A model generated the notes under the pieces. That model worked only from the letters and a program-made list of their open reading frames with translations, had not been told where the DNA came from and did not search any database. The position numbers and the translations under genes were made by a program. This document shows, in pieces, positions 1-10,627 of a stretch of DNA of 63,192 nucleotides (positions within the stretch are counted from its first letter, which is position 1; each line of letters starts with the position of its first letter). This stretch comes from Sulfuricellaceae bacterium (GTDB lineage Bacteria > Pseudomonadota > Gammaproteobacteria > Burkholderiales > UBA9220): NCBI GenBank assembly GCA_050177075.1, contig JBFXHL010000003.1, positions 1-63,192 on the forward strand. The letters run 5' to 3'.

Positions 1-439
1 CCGCCAGCACGATAATACCCATCCCCCCCAGCCAGTTGAGTTCGTGGCGCCACAGGTTGATGGCCGGAGGCAGGCTGTCCAACCCCACCAGCACCGTGGC
101 GCCGGTGGTCGTCAATCCGGACATGGTCTCGAAATAGGCGTCGGTAAACGACAAGCCGTGGAGTTCGTCCATCAGCGGAATCGTGGCAAACGCCGCCATC
201 ACGGTCCACACCAGGGTTACCAGGAGGAAACCGTCCCGGGCCTTGAGTTCGCGCTTAAAGCGGCGGGTAAGCAGCCACATCAGGTAGCCGCCGCCAAGGG
301 TAATGATCATCGCCTCGAGAAATTCCCACGCCGTGCCATCCTGATACCAAAAGGAAGTGGCGATGGGGAGCAGAAGAGTGAGGCTGAAAACCATCAGCAT
401 CAGCCCCAGCACGTTGGTGATGGGAAGGATTTTGCCCAT
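1..439 (-). CDS. trkH: Trk-type K+ uptake membrane subunit TrkH, N-terminal part; the gene runs off the left edge
   Basis: My own translation of the minus strand from the ATG at 439 gives MGKILPITNVLGLMLMVFSLTLLLPIATSFWYQDGTAWEF..., a typical TrkH N-terminus. It starts directly after the trkA stop. It is absent from the ORF track because there is no stop in the window. Confidence 0.85.
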   Translation of the reverse strand, partial: MGKILPITNVLGLMLMVFSLTLLLPIATSFWYQDGTAWEFLEAMIITLGGGYLMWLLTRRFKRELKARDGFLLVTLVWTVMAAFATIPLMDELHGLSFTDAYFETMSGLTTTGATVLVGLDSLPPAINLWRHELNWLGGMGIIVLA

Positions 440-1813
440 TTAGAGGAACCCGACGCCGACCTGGAACAGTTTTTCGATCTTGGAAATCATCCGCTTGTTG
501 ACCACGAACAGGATCACGTGGTCGCCGCTCTCGATCACCGTGTCGTGGTGGGCGATCAACACCTCCTCGCCCCGGACGATGGCGCCGATGGTCGTGCCCT
601 TGGGCAGATCGATGTCCTCGATGGCCCTCCCCACCACCTTGGAGGTCTTGGCGTCGCCGTGGGCAATGATTTCCAGCGCTTCCGCCGCCCCCCGGCGGAG
701 GGAGTGGACCACGGCGATATCTCCCTGGCGCACGTGGGTAAGGAGGCCACCGATGGTCGCCTGGGCCGGGGAAATGGCGACGTCGATCTGGCCGCTTTGC
801 ACCAGGTCCACGTAGGACATGCGGTTGATGAGGGCGATCACCTTGCGCGCCCCCTGCCGCTTGGCGAGCAGCGCCGCCATGATGTTGTTCTCGTCGTCGT
901 TGGTGAGGGCGCAGAACACATCCATTTCCTCGATGTTTTCCGACAGCAGCAGTTCCTCGTCGGTGGCGTCCCCCACCAGCACCAGGGTACGGGACAGTTC
1001 CTTGGCTAGAGTCTCCGCCGCACGCTTGTTGACCTCGATCAGCTTGACCTCGTAGTCTTTCTCCAGGCTTCGGGCCAGGCGCCGACCGATATTGCCGCCG
1101 CCGGCGATCATCACCCGCTTCACCGGCTTGTCCATGCGTCGCAGTTCCTTGAACACCGTGCGCAGGTTTTCCCGGGCGGCGATGAGAAAAATCTCGTCCC
1201 CCGGCTCCACCACGGTGTGCCCTTCGGGGAAGATGGGCCGGTCGCGGCGAAAGATGGCCGCCACCCGGGTATCCACGGTGGGGATGTGTTCCCGCAGGGT
1301 CTTGAGCTCCCGCCCCACCAGCAACCCGCCGTGGTAGGCGCGGACCGCCGCCAGACGAACCTTGCCGCCGGCGAAATCCAGCACCTGCAGCGCCTCGGGA
1401 TATTCCAGCAACTTGCCGATATAGTCGGTCAGCGCTTGTTCCGGGCTGATGGTGTAATCCACCGCGAGGTTTTCCTCGGCGAAGATTTCCGGGTAGCGGA
1501 AATAATCGAAGGAACGGATGCGGGCAATCTTGGTGGGAATATTGAACAGGACTTTGCCCAGTTTGCAGGCCAGCATGTTGATCTCGTCCGCCTGGGTGAC
1601 GGCAAGCAGCATGTCGGCGTCTTCGGCGCCCGCTTGACGGAGAACGGAGGGGTGGGAGGCGTTGCCGCGCACGGTCCGCAAATCGAAGCGGTCCTGCAGA
1701 TAGGCCAGTTTTTCGCCATCCGTGTCCACCACGGTGATGTCGTTGGCCTCGCCCACCAGGGCCTCCGCCACCGACGAGCCGACCTGGCCGGCCCCCAGGA
1801 TGATGATTTTCAC
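440..1813 (-). CDS. trkA: Trk system K+ uptake protein TrkA (two NAD-binding RCK domains)
   Basis: 457-aa ORF. N-terminus [19 protein letters not shown] is a Rossmann GxGxxG motif, with a second [13 protein letters not shown] repeat. Sits next to trkH. Confidence 0.95.
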   Translation of the reverse strand: MKIIILGAGQVGSSVAEALVGEANDITVVDTDGEKLAYLQDRFDLRTVRGNASHPSVLRQAGAEDADMLLAVTQADEINMLACKLGKVLFNIPTKIARIRSFDYFRYPEIFAEENLAVDYTISPEQALTDYIGKLLEYPEALQVLDFAGGKVRLAAVRAYHGGLLVGRELKTLREHIPTVDTRVAAIFRRDRPIFPEGHTVVEPGDEIFLIAARENLRTVFKELRRMDKPVKRVMIAGGGNIGRRLARSLEKDYEVKLIEVNKRAAETLAKELSRTLVLVGDATDEELLLSENIEEMDVFCALTNDDENNIMAALLAKRQGARKVIALINRMSYVDLVQSGQIDVAISPAQATIGGLLTHVRQGDIAVVHSLRRGAAEALEIIAHGDAKTSKVVGRAIEDIDLPKGTTIGAIVRGEEVLIAHHDTVIESGDHVILFVVNKRMISKIEKLFQVGVGFL

Positions 1814-1871
1814 GTCCCGGTCCTCAAGAAGAAAAGCGCGATTCTATTCCGAATCGCGCCGGATGCAACCA

Positions 1872-3131
1872 TCACTCCTCGCCGCGGCGGGAGAACTTGA
1901 TTCCCAGTTGCTTCAGCTTGCGGTACAAATGGGTACGCTCCAGCCCCACCCGCTCCGCGACGCGGCTCATGTTCCCCCCCGACAGGGCGATATGGTGCTC
2001 GAAATATACCTTCTCGAACGCCTCCCGCGCCTCCCGCAGAGGGACGTCCAGGGGCAGGGCGGGGGCCTCGGCGGCGGCGGAAGGCATTTCTTGCGCCAGA
2101 AGCCGGTCCACGTCCTCGACGGTAATTTCCTCTTCCAGGCATGTCGCCGCCAGGGTTTTCACCGCATTTTCCAGCTGGGGCAGGTTCCCCGGCCATTCGG
2201 CATTGCGCAGTTGGTTCAGCGCGGCCATGGCGAAGCGTCGCGGGGGAACGAGGCGGTTTTCCACCAGCTGCCCCAGGACGGCCTTGGCCAAGTCGGGGAT
2301 GTCTTCCCGGTGGTCACGCAAAGGCGGAACGGTAAGGGAGATGCCGCTCAACTGGTTGAGCAGGTCGGCGTCGAAAACGCCGCTTTCGACCAGGGGCAGC
2401 AGGGGGCGATGGGCGGCGCAGACGACGCGCAGGTTGTAGCGGTCGCATTTGTTGAGCAGCAGCAGCAGGCCCTTCTGTTCCAGACGCTTGAGCGTATCCA
2501 CGGCAGGAATGAACAGCAAGCCGTCCCGCAATTCCTCCGTCAGTCGCTGGGTGTCCTCTGCCAGACGGCCGGGGTCGTCCAACTGGAGCCACGGTGTGTC
2601 CGGCTGGTGCAGAAAACGGGCGCACAGCTCGGCCCCCGCCCCTTTTTCCTCCAGCAAGAGCAGCGGCGTCTTGAAGTGCGCCACCTGGGTCAGGCGCTGT
2701 TTCAATTCGGCGATTTGGGGACTGCGGCCCAAACGGGCGAGATCGATGCCGGGTACGAATTGAATTTCGCGCCGCTTCAACGCCCGCTCCACCGTGGACA
2801 ACAGCTTCTGCAGGGTAATGGGCTTTTCCAGAAAATCCATGGCGCCGATCTTGGTGGCTTCCACCGCGGTGTCGATCGTGCCGTGGCCGGACATCATCAC
2901 CACCGGCATGGTGAGCAGGCCGTGGCTTTTCCATTCCTTGAGGAGCGTCACGCCGTCGGTGTCCGGCATCCAGATATCCAGCAGCACCAGATCGGGGCGC
3001 AGACTATGGCGCGACTCCCGCGCCTCGGCAGCATTTTCCGCCAAGTGGACGCGATAACCCTCGTCCTGGAGAATTTCCGACAGCAATTCGCGGATACCCG
3101 CCTCGTCATCAACGACCAATATCGAACTCAT
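1872..3131 (-). CDS. ntrX: NtrX-type response regulator (REC + degenerate AAA+ domain + Fis-type HTH)
   Basis: Track ORF trimmed to MSSILVVDDEAGIRELL (ATG at 3131). The start makes an ATGA overlap with the ntrY stop. REC motifs and the C-terminal HTH GGNMSRVAERVGLERTHLYRKLKQLGI are present. Confidence 0.85.
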   Translation of the reverse strand: MSSILVVDDEAGIRELLSEILQDEGYRVHLAENAAEARESRHSLRPDLVLLDIWMPDTDGVTLLKEWKSHGLLTMPVVMMSGHGTIDTAVEATKIGAMDFLEKPITLQKLLSTVERALKRREIQFVPGIDLARLGRSPQIAELKQRLTQVAHFKTPLLLLEEKGAGAELCARFLHQPDTPWLQLDDPGRLAEDTQRLTEELRDGLLFIPAVDTLKRLEQKGLLLLLNKCDRYNLRVVCAAHRPLLPLVESGVFDADLLNQLSGISLTVPPLRDHREDIPDLAKAVLGQLVENRLVPPRRFAMAALNQLRNAEWPGNLPQLENAVKTLAATCLEEEITVEDVDRLLAQEMPSAAAEAPALPLDVPLREAREAFEKVYFEHHIALSGGNMSRVAERVGLERTHLYRKLKQLGIKFSRRGEE

Positions 3132-5260
3132 GTTTCCTTTTTCCCCGCTATGGGCAACACGACGCACACGCATGCGCCGTGAGGTTTGAGGTTTTCGGTG
3201 GCCAGGCTGCCCCGGTGTTCCTCGACGATCTTTTTCACAATGGCCAGACCCAGGCCCGTTCCCTTGGGCTTGGTGGTGACGTAAGGCTCGCACAGCCTCG
3301 CCAGCAGGGCTTCGGGAAAACCGCTGCCATTGTCGCGGATGCTCAATTTCACCCGGTTATTTTCCAGGACCTCGGTCTGCACCTCGATTCTCGGCTCCGC
3401 CTGCTCCGCCACGGCCTCCTGGGCGTTTTTCAACAGGTTGTGAATGACTTGGCGCAGGAGGGTAATATCTCCTTCCACTATCGGCAAGCCTTCGGCCAAT
3501 TCCAATTCCAGCTTTTGTCCCGCCGGTTCGTAGAGGGTCGCCACTTCCTGCACCAGCTGATTGAGGTCCACCGCCTGAAGGTTGAGCTGGGGGGAGCGGG
3601 CGTATTCGCTGAAGGCGTCGACCATCTTTTTCAGCGCCGCCACCTGGTTGACGATGGTGGTGGTGGACCGGCGCAGCATCTCGCCGTCGCTTTCCCCCAG
3701 CTTGTCCGCCAGCTTGTGCTCCAGGCGCTCGGCGGAAAGCTGGATGGGCGTCAGGGGATTCTTGATTTCATGGGCCAGGCGGCGGGCCACCTCGCCCCAG
3801 GCCGCATCCCGCTGCGCCTGGATGAGGCCGGTGATTTCGTCGAAGACCACGATGTAGCCGCCTTCCACTTCCATCGGCAGGCGGCTGCCGCGAACCAGCA
3901 GCAGATGGGTCACCCCCTTGCTGGCGTATTCCATTTGTTCCTGCCAGTCCTTGGCACTGTTCTGCTCCAGGTGGCGCGCCAGGTTGCCGGCGAAAGCCGC
4001 CAGTTCTTCTTCCCGCATCCCCCAGTCGGCCAGCTTCAGGCCCCGCAGCCGCCCTAGGTCCACCCCCAGAATGACCCCCGCGCTGAGGTTGACGGTGGAC
4101 AGGCGAAGCTTGCCATCGAAGGTCAACACCCCCGAAGAGAGGTGGGCAAGGATGCTCTCCAGATAAATCTTCGCCGCCTCCATCTGGCGCTGGTTGAACT
4201 CGGTCTGCGCGCGGGCCTCGGCCAGCTCCCGGGTCATGGTGTTGAACGACTGGGTCAGCATGCCCAATTCGTCCCAGCTCTGCACCTCGGGCATGGCGCT
4301 GAAATCCCCCTTCGCCACCGCCCGGGTGCCCCGGGCGAGAATGCCCAACGGCGCGGACATTCGTTCGGACAGGACGAAAGCCAGCGACACCGCCGAAAGC
4401 AGGGCCAGCAGCAAGGTTAGGGTCAACGTCAGGCCGGAGATTCGTTTCAGCCCCACCCGCGCCAGGGATAGGGCCTGATAATCCCGATACACCGCTTCCA
4501 CCGTCTCGGCATCCTGGGACAGCTTGGCCGGCACCGGCTGTAGCAGTTGCAGAATCCGGATATCCTCGGTCAGGGACAGCACGTTCACCGGCACCACCAC
4601 CCGCATGAACAGGCCCCGGCCGGGAATGGACTCGATCACGCTGTAAGGCTTTTGCATCCGCACCTGGCGCAACACTGACACGGACGGCACCTCGGGCAGC
4701 ATCCCCGCCCGCTCGTTACCGGCATAGGCGACCACCCCTCCCTTGGCGTTCAGCAGCAGGGCCTCCTGCACGCCGCTCTGCTCCCGTAGGGCGTTGAGGT
4801 TGGCCCCATGCGCGTCGAGGGGGAGGTCGGAAAGGGCCACCGCCATGGTTTCACCCTTCTTGGACAAATCCCGCAGGAGGTATTCCAGGGCCGTCCGGCC
4901 GAGGTTAAGCCCCCCTTCCAAGGCGTTGTCCACCCGCACGTCGAACCAGGATTCGATATTTTTCGACAGGAACTGCAGCGACATGCCGTACACCAGGGTG
5001 CCGGGCAATACGGCCAGGAGGCCGAACAGGACCAGGAGGCGGAGAGTGAGGCGGGCACCGAAAATACGGGCCCGGATCTTGCGCAGCAAAAGGCGGATTT
5101 GAAACCCGATCAGCAGCGCCAAGCCCAGGGCCAGGGCCAGGTTCAGCCCCAGCAGGAGGGGGTAGTTCTTGGAGAAGAAATCCGTGTTACCGCCCGCGGA
5201 AGCCAACAACCCCAACAGAACCGCCCCCAGAACCGCGCTGGCGATGGCGACGTACCTCAT
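3128..5260 (-). CDS. ntrY: NtrY-type sensor histidine kinase (TM, HAMP, PAS, HisKA, HATPase)
   Basis: 710 aa. H-box LAHEIKNPLTPIQLSAERL, plus N-box and G-box (DNGSGFP, GTGLGLAIVKKIVEEH). Sits upstream of ntrX. Confidence 0.9.
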   Translation of the reverse strand: MRYVAIASAVLGAVLLGLLASAGGNTDFFSKNYPLLLGLNLALALGLALLIGFQIRLLLRKIRARIFGARLTLRLLVLFGLLAVLPGTLVYGMSLQFLSKNIESWFDVRVDNALEGGLNLGRTALEYLLRDLSKKGETMAVALSDLPLDAHGANLNALREQSGVQEALLLNAKGGVVAYAGNERAGMLPEVPSVSVLRQVRMQKPYSVIESIPGRGLFMRVVVPVNVLSLTEDIRILQLLQPVPAKLSQDAETVEAVYRDYQALSLARVGLKRISGLTLTLTLLLALLSAVSLAFVLSERMSAPLGILARGTRAVAKGDFSAMPEVQSWDELGMLTQSFNTMTRELAEARAQTEFNQRQMEAAKIYLESILAHLSSGVLTFDGKLRLSTVNLSAGVILGVDLGRLRGLKLADWGMREEELAAFAGNLARHLEQNSAKDWQEQMEYASKGVTHLLLVRGSRLPMEVEGGYIVVFDEITGLIQAQRDAAWGEVARRLAHEIKNPLTPIQLSAERLEHKLADKLGESDGEMLRRSTTTIVNQVAALKKMVDAFSEYARSPQLNLQAVDLNQLVQEVATLYEPAGQKLELELAEGLPIVEGDITLLRQVIHNLLKNAQEAVAEQAEPRIEVQTEVLENNRVKLSIRDNGSGFPEALLARLCEPYVTTKPKGTGLGLAIVKKIVEEHRGSLATENLKPHGACVCVVLPIAGKKET

Positions 5261-5276
5261 GGCTTAATCCGGCCCC

Positions 5277-5876
5277 TCACGGTTTTTCGGTCCAGTAATA
5301 CCAGCCCGAATCCAGGCTCCATTCCCGGGCTCCCATGGTGGAAAGCTGCAAGGGCTTGGGCAGCCGAGATGTATCCAGGCGCAACGACAGGCCGGCACGG
5401 TAATTCTGGCCTTTCTTCAGAACGTCGCGGTCCGCCACCCGCCATCCCCGGATTCGCCCGAGGGAATGGCGCACCTCGTCCAGGGAATCCAGATTCTTGT
5501 GGATGATGCCGGTGCTGAGCTGGTACTGGCGGGTCAGGGCGTTGTAGCGCAAACGGTATTGCTGCTGCTGGCTGGCCACGGTTTCGCCGAACCAGTAGCT
5601 GCGGGGCCGCACCAGTTCGAATTCGGCGACGAAATAAAGGGTGATGCCCTTGGTCAGCGCTTCTTCCAGGGTGGGATTGAAATTGACGTCCAAATCCGCC
5701 TCCACCACCCAGGCATCCTCCACCTGGAGCATCTCGGCGGACTTGACGGTGATGCCGTCGGCGAGAGCGGGGACGGCTGCGAGCCAGAACAGCCCCAGCA
5801 GGAAGACGGAAAAAGCCCGCCGCAGCCCCCCTGAAAAAGCCTTACTCCTTGCCAAGCAGGGCGTAATAGAAACCAT
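5277..5876 (-). CDS. DUF4390-like secreted protein between rsmB and ntrY (start uncertain: ATG 5876 or TTG 5855)
   Basis: Signal-peptide-like LRRAFSVFLLGLFWLAAVPALA. This position between rsmB and ntrY is conserved in betaproteobacteria. The 5' extension of the track ORF overlaps rsmB and was trimmed. Confidence 0.6.
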   Translation of the reverse strand: MVSITPCLARSKAFSGGLRRAFSVFLLGLFWLAAVPALADGITVKSAEMLQVEDAWVVEADLDVNFNPTLEEALTKGITLYFVAEFELVRPRSYWFGETVASQQQQYRLRYNALTRQYQLSTGIIHKNLDSLDEVRHSLGRIRGWRVADRDVLKKGQNYRAGLSLRLDTSRLPKPLQLSTMGAREWSLDSGWYYWTEKP

Positions 5877-7116
5877 CGTGCCGATCGTTCGGCAGCAGCT
5901 GGCCATCGTCAAGGGCGGAATCATCGAGTGGTAGTAATCGGGCGTCTGGTTGCCGTTGCAGGAACGCGGCGACTTGCCGTTGATTTTCTTCGGCGAACAC
6001 GGAACAAGTCGCGTACAGCAATTTACCACCACTGGCCAGAGTTCGCCACAAGGCCGAGAGGATGGCCGCCTGCCCGGCGGCGAAGGCAGCGATGTCCTCC
6101 TCCCGGCGCAGCCACTTGATGTCCGGATGGCGGCGGACCACCCCGGAAGCGCTGCAAGGCACGTCCGCCAGGATGCGGTCGAAGGGCCGTCCGTCCCACC
6201 ATTGTTCCGGCCGGGCGGCGTCCCCCACCTTCAATTCGGCGCGCAGGCCCAGCCGGTCGAGATTCTCCCGCACCCGCTCCAAGCGCTCGCCGTCGTTGTC
6301 CAGGGCAAGCATCTCGACGGCGGCCAATTCCAGGATATGGGCCGTCTTGCCGCCGGGCGCCGCGCAGGCGTCCAGCACGCGCAGGCCGTCCCGCGTGTCC
6401 AACAGGGGTGCTGCCCGCTGGGCGCCGGCATCCTGCACCGACACCGCCCCCTCCCGAAAACCCGGCAGTTCGTCCACCCCGACGGGCCGCCCAAGGCGAA
6501 TAGCCTCAGCGCCGAGGAGTTCGGCTTCGACGCCCGCCTCCGACAACCTGGCAAGGTACGCCTCCGCCGGGCCCTGGCGGCGGTTCACCCGCAACGTCAT
6601 GGGCGGGTGCTGGTTGTTCGCCTCCAGCAAGGCCGACCAGGCATGCGGGTATTGTTGCCGCAGTTTGGCGATCCACCACTGGGGATGGTCATAGCGCGCC
6701 TCTTCGCTGGCGGCAGCAGCCTGTTCGAGCAGCGCTTCCCGCCGGCGCAGGAAATTGCGCAGCACGGCATTCACCAGTCCAGCCGCCGAGGCTTTGCGCA
6801 GCCGGCGCACGGTTTCCACGGCATGGTTCACCACTGCGTGGGGCGAAGTCTTGCCGAAGGCCAGCTGGTACAGCGCCACCCGCAACAGGCAGCGCACCGA
6901 TTCATCGCTGAGGGGCTTTTGCAGCAGCAAGCCGAGGACGGCGTCCAGCCGCCCCAGATGGCGCAGGGCGCCGAAACTGAGGTCCTGGATCGCCGCCCGC
7001 TGCTGAGGCGTCAGGCGGGGATTCTGGCGAAAAACCCCCTGCAGCACCTGGTTCAGGTTGCGGCCACCGAGAACCCGGCCGACGGCGAAGCCGGCGTGGC
7101 GCTGAACTTCAAGCAC
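5842..7116 (-). CDS. rsmB: 16S rRNA (cytosine967-C5)-methyltransferase RsmB
   Basis: 424 aa. NusB-like N-terminal domain and SAM methyltransferase motifs ([39 protein letters not shown]). GTG start at 7116. Confidence 0.93.
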   Translation of the reverse strand: MLEVQRHAGFAVGRVLGGRNLNQVLQGVFRQNPRLTPQQRAAIQDLSFGALRHLGRLDAVLGLLLQKPLSDESVRCLLRVALYQLAFGKTSPHAVVNHAVETVRRLRKASAAGLVNAVLRNFLRRREALLEQAAAASEEARYDHPQWWIAKLRQQYPHAWSALLEANNQHPPMTLRVNRRQGPAEAYLARLSEAGVEAELLGAEAIRLGRPVGVDELPGFREGAVSVQDAGAQRAAPLLDTRDGLRVLDACAAPGGKTAHILELAAVEMLALDNDGERLERVRENLDRLGLRAELKVGDAARPEQWWDGRPFDRILADVPCSASGVVRRHPDIKWLRREEDIAAFAAGQAAILSALWRTLASGGKLLYATCSVFAEENQRQVAAFLQRQPDARLLPLDDSALDDGQLLPNDRHDGFYYALLGKE

Positions 7117-7957
7117 GGCCGGCCAATGCCAGCAGGCGGCGGATGCGCTCCTCGGTGGCGGGATGGGTGCTGAACAGGCCCTTCAGGTCCCCGCCGGAAA
7201 GGGGGTTGATGATCATCATCTGGGCGGTTTCGGGATGGGCCTCGGCAGCCTCCAGGGGCAGTCCCTGGGCGTAGCGCTCGATCTTCTGCAAGGCGGAGGC
7301 AAGGGCCTCGGGGTCACGGGAAATCTCCGCGCCGCCCCGGTCCGCCTCGAATTCCCGGGAGCGGGAAATGGCCATCTGGATCAGGGCCGCCGCCAGGGGG
7401 GCGAGGATCATCACCAGGATGCCGACCAGGGGGTTGCTGCGCCCCTCCTCGTCGCGGCCGCCGAAGAACATGCCGAAGTTGGCGAGAGTGGAGATGGCGC
7501 CCGCCACCGTGGCGGAGATGGTGGAAATCAGAATATCCCGGTGCTTGACGTGGGCCAGCTCGTGGGCCATCACGCCGCGCAGCTCCCGCTCCGACAGCAT
7601 CTGCAGAATGCCGGTGGTAGCCGCCACCGCCGCGTGCTCCGGGTTGCGCCCGGTGGCGAAGGCGTTGGGCTGGGCTTCGTCGATGACGTAAACCTTGGGC
7701 ATGGGCAGGCCGGCGTTGCTGGCCAGCTCGCGCACCACCCGATAGAACTGGGGCGCGCTGGCTTCGTCCACTTCCCGGGCGTTGTACATGCGCAGCACCA
7801 TCTTGTCCGAATTCCAGTAGGCCCAGATGTTCATCGCCCCACCCAGCATGAAGGCGAGCAGCATGCCCTGGGCCCCGCCCAAGGCGGCCCCCACCATGCC
7901 GAACAGGGCCATGATGGCCGCCATCAGAATCGCGGTTTTCAACCAATTTCCGAACAT
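7109..7957 (-). CDS. htpX: Membrane zinc protease HtpX (M48)
   Basis: [10 protein letters not shown] zinc motif and TM segments. Start placed at [14 protein letters not shown], which has a GAGGAA Shine-Dalgarno sequence 5 nt upstream. The alternative ATG is at 7975. Confidence 0.92.
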   Translation of the reverse strand: MFGNWLKTAILMAAIMALFGMVGAALGGAQGMLLAFMLGGAMNIWAYWNSDKMVLRMYNAREVDEASAPQFYRVVRELASNAGLPMPKVYVIDEAQPNAFATGRNPEHAAVAATTGILQMLSERELRGVMAHELAHVKHRDILISTISATVAGAISTLANFGMFFGGRDEEGRSNPLVGILVMILAPLAAALIQMAISRSREFEADRGGAEISRDPEALASALQKIERYAQGLPLEAAEAHPETAQMMIINPLSGGDLKGLFSTHPATEERIRRLLALAGRA

Positions 7958-8018
7958 AGTTTCCTCTTTTTGCATTACACGGATTGCGGGAAATTAGATG
8001 GGGGCCAGGGGCAAAAAT

Positions 8019-8939
8019 TCAATCGCCGAGGCGATCGCCGGGCCGCAAGGGGTGCCCGGCCAGGAACTGGCCTGCCGTCAACCGTTTCCCGCCCGCTTTC
8101 TGCACTTCCTCCAGGCACAGGGCGCCCTCGCCGCAGGCCACCACGATCCCCGCTCCGTCGGCGCGGAGAATCTCCCCCGCCGCCCCGTTGCCTTCCGCGG
8201 GGCGGGCGCGCCAAATTCGCAGCCCTTCGCCGCCGAGGGTCGTCTGCGCCACGGGGAAAGGGTTGTAGGCCCGCACCGCTCGCCCGATTTCCGCGGCGCT
8301 TTTGCGCCAGTCGATCACCGCTTCCTGCTTGACCAGCTTGGGGGCGTAATTGGCCGCGGCATCGTTTTGCGCCACGGGCCGAAGACGGTCGATCTCCCCC
8401 AGTGCCCGCACGATCAGCCTTCCGCCCAGGGAGGCCAACTTGTCGTGAAGGGTCTGGGCGGTGTCTTCCGCCGAAATGTCCACGGCCTGCGCCAGCAGCA
8501 TGGCGCCGGTATCCAACCCCTGGTCCATTTGCATGATGGTGATGCCGGTTGTTTCATCGCCGGCCAGGATGGCCCGCTGGATCGGAGCCGCGCCGCGCCA
8601 GCGGGGGAGGAGGGAGGCGTGGATATTGAGGCAGCCACGGGGAAAGGCGTCCAACACTGCCTGGGGCAGAATCAGGCCATAAGCGGCGACGATCATCGCC
8701 TCCGCTCCCACCGCCGCCAGTTCGGCCTGGGTCGCCGCATCCTTGAGGGTCAGGGGCTGGCTCACCAGCAAGCCGTGCTGCAAGGCCAATTGCTTGACCG
8801 GGCTGGGCATGAGCTTCATCCCGCGGCCGGCCGGCCGGTCCGGCTGAGTGAGCACCAAAGCGATGTCGTGGCCGGCCTCGATCAGGGCAGCCAGGGCAAC
8901 AGCGGCAAATTCGGGGGTACCGGCGAAAATCAGTTTCAT
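8019..8939 (-). CDS. fmt: Methionyl-tRNA formyltransferase
   Basis: 306 aa. MKLIFAGTPEFAAVAL..., the HASLLPRWRGAAPIQRAI motif, and def-fmt synteny. Confidence 0.96.
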   Translation of the reverse strand: MKLIFAGTPEFAAVALAALIEAGHDIALVLTQPDRPAGRGMKLMPSPVKQLALQHGLLVSQPLTLKDAATQAELAAVGAEAMIVAAYGLILPQAVLDAFPRGCLNIHASLLPRWRGAAPIQRAILAGDETTGITIMQMDQGLDTGAMLLAQAVDISAEDTAQTLHDKLASLGGRLIVRALGEIDRLRPVAQNDAAANYAPKLVKQEAVIDWRKSAAEIGRAVRAYNPFPVAQTTLGGEGLRIWRARPAEGNGAAGEILRADGAGIVVACGEGALCLEEVQKAGGKRLTAGQFLAGHPLRPGDRLGD

Positions 8940-8985
8940 GCTTGTTTCATTGTGGGTCGAGGAAGTGGTCCCGCGACAGGGATGC

Positions 8986-9489
8986 CTACATCGTTTCCCG
9001 CAGCTGCTTCTGCAGCTTGGTCTTGATGCGCGTTTGTTTCAGGCGGGACAGGTATTCCACGAACACCTTGCCCTTGAGATGATCCATTTCGTGCTGGACG
9101 CATACCGCCAACAGGCCGCCCGCCTCCAGGGTGAAGGGCTTGCCGTCAGCATCCAGGGCCTCCACCGTGACCCTTTCCGCCCGCGTCACCTTCTCGTAAA
9201 TGCCGGGGACGGACAGGCAGCCCTCCTCGTGCTCTTCCACGCCGGAGCTGGCGACGAGCCGGGGGTTGATGAAGACCATCAGCTTGCTGCGGTCCTCGCT
9301 GGTGTCGATCACGACCACCTGCTTGTGCACATTGACCTGGGTGGCGGCCAAACCGATGCCCGGCGCGGCATACATGGTTTCCGCCATGTCCTCCACCAGC
9401 TTGCGGATGGCGGGGGTGACCTCCTCCACGGGGGAGGCCACGGTATGCAGCCGCTTATCCGGATAATGCAGAATGTTCAAAATCGCCAT
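8986..9489 (-). CDS. def: Peptide deformylase
   Basis: 167 aa. Motifs [17 protein letters not shown] and QHEMDHL. Confidence 0.97.
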   Translation of the reverse strand: MAILNILHYPDKRLHTVASPVEEVTPAIRKLVEDMAETMYAAPGIGLAATQVNVHKQVVVIDTSEDRSKLMVFINPRLVASSGVEEHEEGCLSVPGIYEKVTRAERVTVEALDADGKPFTLEAGGLLAVCVQHEMDHLKGKVFVEYLSRLKQTRIKTKLQKQLRETM

Positions 9490-9584
9490 AAGAAACTTGC
9501 TTAATTAAATGATTCCATGCAGAATTCACTCAGCATTTGCGGTCGGCACAATACTTTCGGGCATCCCGAGAACTGAGGTCCTTC

Positions 9585-10607
9585 ATGCGTAAGACTATTA
9601 TAACTGCGGTTTTGCTCCCCGTTCTGTTTTCCACCGCCGCCCTGGCCGATACCCTGCGGCTCCAGGATAACGCCCCCGACCGTTATACCGTGGTCAAGGG
9701 CGATACCCTGTGGGGCATTGCCGGCCGCTTCCTGAAAGACCCCTGGAAATGGCCCCAAATTTGGAAAATGAACCGGCATGAGATCCGCAACCCCCACCGC
9801 ATCTATCCCGGCGACGTTATTGTCCTCGACCGCAACGGCCCCAGCCTGCGCTTGCTGAGCACCGCCCACCCCACCGTCAAGCTTTCACCCCGGGTCCGAA
9901 CAGAACCGACGGACCAGTCGATCCCCAGCATTTCTCCATCCGACATCGGGCCCTTCCTCACCCAACCCCTGGTGATCGAGGAAAACGGCTTGGACAAAGC
10001 GCCGCGCATCGTCAGCGCGGAAGAAAACCGCGTCATGCTCGGTGCCGGCAATATCGCCTACGCCAGCGGCATCCCGGGCGGCTCCGACACCCAGTGGCAG
10101 ATTTATCGCCCCGGCAAGGCCCTGGTGGACCCGGACACCAAGGAAGTCCTCGGCTACGAAGCGCTCTATCTCGGCCATGCGTCCCTGATGCGGGAAGGTA
10201 GCCCCGCCACCATCCGCATCACCAAGTCCACCGAGGAAATCGGCATCGGCGACCGTCTCGTCGCCGCGCCGCCCGTGAGTTTCCCTGCCTACGTTCCCCA
10301 CGCGCCCGACAGCCAGATCCATGGCCGCATCATCGCCGCCCAGGGAGGCCTCTCCGAATTCGGCCAAAACGCCATCGTGGCCATCAACAAGGGCACCCGC
10401 GACCACATCGAAGTCGGTCACGTGCTGGCCCTCTACCGGAGCGGCGAAACGGTAAAGGCCCCCGACGCCCCTGAAGGCAAGGTGACCCTGCCCAACGAAC
10501 GCTACGGCCTGGTCTTCGTGTTCCGCACCTTCGACAAGGTGTCCTATGCCCTGGTGGTGCAAACCAGCCGGGCGGTCAAACTGCTGGACATGGTGCAAAC
10601 CCCCTGA
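9585..10607 (+). CDS. LysM peptidoglycan-binding domain protein (secreted)
   Basis: Start trimmed to MRKTIITAVLLPVLFSTAALA (signal peptide). LysM motif YTVVKGDTLWGIAGRFL. Conserved position upstream of dprA. Confidence 0.85.
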   Translation: MRKTIITAVLLPVLFSTAALADTLRLQDNAPDRYTVVKGDTLWGIAGRFLKDPWKWPQIWKMNRHEIRNPHRIYPGDVIVLDRNGPSLRLLSTAHPTVKLSPRVRTEPTDQSIPSISPSDIGPFLTQPLVIEENGLDKAPRIVSAEENRVMLGAGNIAYASGIPGGSDTQWQIYRPGKALVDPDTKEVLGYEALYLGHASLMREGSPATIRITKSTEEIGIGDRLVAAPPVSFPAYVPHAPDSQIHGRIIAAQGGLSEFGQNAIVAINKGTRDHIEVGHVLALYRSGETVKAPDAPEGKVTLPNERYGLVFVFRTFDKVSYALVVQTSRAVKLLDMVQTP

Positions 10608-10627
10608 CCAACCACCGGGGGCCCGGC

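Noticed and set aside
1872-3293. 5' extensions of many track ORFs: 1872..3293, 14589..15644, 15941..16405, 17958..20213, 20319..21131, 27552..29558, 33616..36009, 35766..36302, 37870..39447, 42147..43121, 46706..47821 and 59222..60637.
   Set aside because: The extensions overlap upstream genes and have Arg/Pro/Gly-rich junk composition. The conserved N-terminus, signal peptide or 4-nt coupling overlap begins at an internal start codon. Coordinates were trimmed accordingly.
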